Shown here: positions 50,020-51,504 of the stretch, piece after piece | Layout of the letters: the number at the start of each line of letters is the position of its first letter | Position numbering within the stretch: the first letter of the stretch is position 1 | Source of the DNA: an uncultured Gammaproteobacteria bacterium | GTDB taxonomy: Bacteria; Pseudomonadota; Gammaproteobacteria; JABCZS01 | Length of the DNA stretch: 51,504 bases | Reading direction: 5' to 3' | NCBI GenBank assembly: GCA_963848305.1 | Contig: CAWKDC010000004.1 | Span: 1-51,504 of the forward strand | Notes under the pieces: generated by a model | Database searches by the model: none | Seen by the model: only the letters and a program-made list of their open reading frames with translations | What the model was told of the DNA's origin: nothing | Position numbers and translations under genes: made by a program

Positions 50020-50334
50020 ATGCATGCTGTAATTAAGACAGGTGGCCGGCAAATTAAGGTCGCTGTAGGGGATACCTTCAAAATCCACAAAATGCCTGTT
50101 GACACAGGTAACGAAGTGGCGTTTGATGAAGTGTTGCTTCTGACAGACGGCGCCGGTAATGTAACAATCGGTCAACCATTAGTCAAAGGGGCAAAAGTAC
50201 TTGCAAAAGTATTGAGTCATGGTCGGGGGGCTAATATCCTGATCCAAAAGTTCAGACGTCGTAAACATTACGATAAAATCCAAGGTCATCGTCAAGATTT
50301 CACTGAAATTGAAATCGTGGGCATCAACGTTTAA
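50020..50334 (+). CDS. rplU: 50S ribosomal protein L21
   Basis: [24 protein letters not shown]. Confidence 0.97.
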   Translation: MHAVIKTGGRQIKVAVGDTFKIHKMPVDTGNEVAFDEVLLLTDGAGNVTIGQPLVKGAKVLAKVLSHGRGANILIQKFRRRKHYDKIQGHRQDFTEIEIVGINV

Positions 50335-50347
50335 GGAGTAGTGCAAA

Positions 50348-50617
50348 ATGGCAACAAAAAAGGCCGGTGGTAGCACACGAAATGGTAGAGACTCCGACCT
50401 AAATATTTAGGGGTGAAGCGTTTCGGTGGCCAAGTCGTGAAGGCGGGTAATATATTGATCCGTCAACGCGGCACACGTGCATGCTGGGTTGAACGTCGGT
50501 GTGGGCCGTGATCATACGTTATTCGCGTTGGTGGATGGCGTGGTCACATTCAAAGGGGCGGCGAACATTATCGTCAATTCGTCAGCGTATTCCAGTTGAA
50601 ATCAAGCTGCAGAATAA
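50348..50617 (+). CDS. rpmA: 50S ribosomal protein L27 (frameshifted by sequencing errors; end approximate)
   Basis: [16 protein letters not shown]; LGVKRFGGQ; ILIRQRGT; [13 protein letters not shown] in shifting frames. Confidence 0.93.
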
Positions 50618-50632
50618 TTCGGCTTGTAAACT

Positions 50633-50655
50633 TGTAGGGGCGCAAATTTGCGCCC
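50633..50655. repeat. GTAG-type REP
   Basis: TGTAG-GGGCGCA-AATT-TGCGCCC, nearly identical to 46168-46190. Confidence 0.65.
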
Positions 50656-50675
50656 TTTCATTTTGGGTGTATCTA

Positions 50676-51504
50676 ATGCGTTTCGTCGATGAAGTTAAAA
50701 TAACAGTACAAGCTGGCGATGGCGGTGACGGCAGCGCCAGCTTTCGTCGTTAAAAATACGAACCTATGGGCGCCCAAGCGGCGGCGACGGCGGCAATGGG
50801 GGCAGCGTTACCTCGAAACTCATCCCAATATCAACACCTTACTACATTACCGTTATGCACGTCTTCACCGTGCCAAACGCGGCCAAAACGGCATGAGCAG
50901 TGAATGCACAGGCCGCAGCGGTGAAGATCTTATCCTTAAAGTCCCGTCGGCACACTCGTCTATGATGATGACACCGGCGAATGCTTAGGTGATCTCAATC
51001 AACCTAATCAACGTTTATGCGTCGCACAAGGGGGTAGAAAGGCATCGGCAATATTCACTTTAAAAGCTCTACAAATCACGCCCCGCGTCAATGGACCCCG
51101 GGCAAGCCGGGCGAACAACGTCAATTGCGTCTAGATTACAAGTATTAGCGGATGTGGGATTGTTGGGTTATCCCAATGCAGGTAAATTCACGCTTATTTC
51201 TAAAATTTCGGCTGCACGCCCCAAAATTGCGGATTATCCTTTCACCACGCTATATCCTAATTTCGGCATGGTTCGTTCAAAATATGGCAAAGATTTCGTG
51301 GTTGCTGATATTCCCGGGTTGATTGAAGGCGCGAGCGAAGGCGTTGGGCTGGGGACTCATTTTTTAAAGCATTTAAAACGAACGCGATTATTGTTGCACA
51401 TTATCGATGTCATGCCTGTTGATCAATCCGATCCTGTTACCTGTGCAAAAGCATTGGTTCAGGAATTGAAAAAGTACGACGAAGATCTCTATGAAAAACC
51501 TCGT
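50676..51504 (+). CDS. obgE: GTPase ObgE/CgtA, 3'-partial, several sequencing errors
   Basis: [18 protein letters not shown]; [13 protein letters not shown]; IADYPFTTL; [10 protein letters not shown]. Confidence 0.95.

Overview
Gammaproteobacterial chromosomal segment. The gene content suggests a Legionellales/Coxiellales-like host-associated organism, but this is inference. Positions 1-18.9 kb form an accessory block of three back-to-back tandem gene arrays ending at a tRNA-Arg. (i) Five head-to-tail paralogues, the full-length ones 770-910 aa, with a J-domain in copies 1-4 and modules that appear shuffled between copies. (ii) Four OmpA-type beta-barrel paralogues, each with its own sigma70 promoter, conserved structured 5' leader and terminator. 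(iii) Two secreted Cys-rich Asp-box proteins almost free of basic residues. A candidate sRNA lies between arrays (i) and (ii). Positions 19-51.5 kb are mostly housekeeping: dacB, gltX, tRNA-Ala/Glu, bolA, yciB, trpS, scpAB, rluB, porin, mlaA, ampG, pyrC, fpr, nth, ung, bepA, LysR, PIN-PhoH, dapA-bamC-purC, cyclophilin, ispB, rplU-rpmA-obgE. This part also contains a compact flgM-fleQ-fliA cassette (47-aa FlgM, FleQ without its N-terminal domain, sigma54 promoter plus FleQ-like boxes before fliA) with no flagellar structural genes nearby, several orphan membrane proteins and REP-like palindromes. Single-base frameshifts in essential genes (gltX, ispB, rpmA, obgE) point to sequencing or assembly error, worst at both ends. 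All calls come from reading the sequence by eye; no database search was run.
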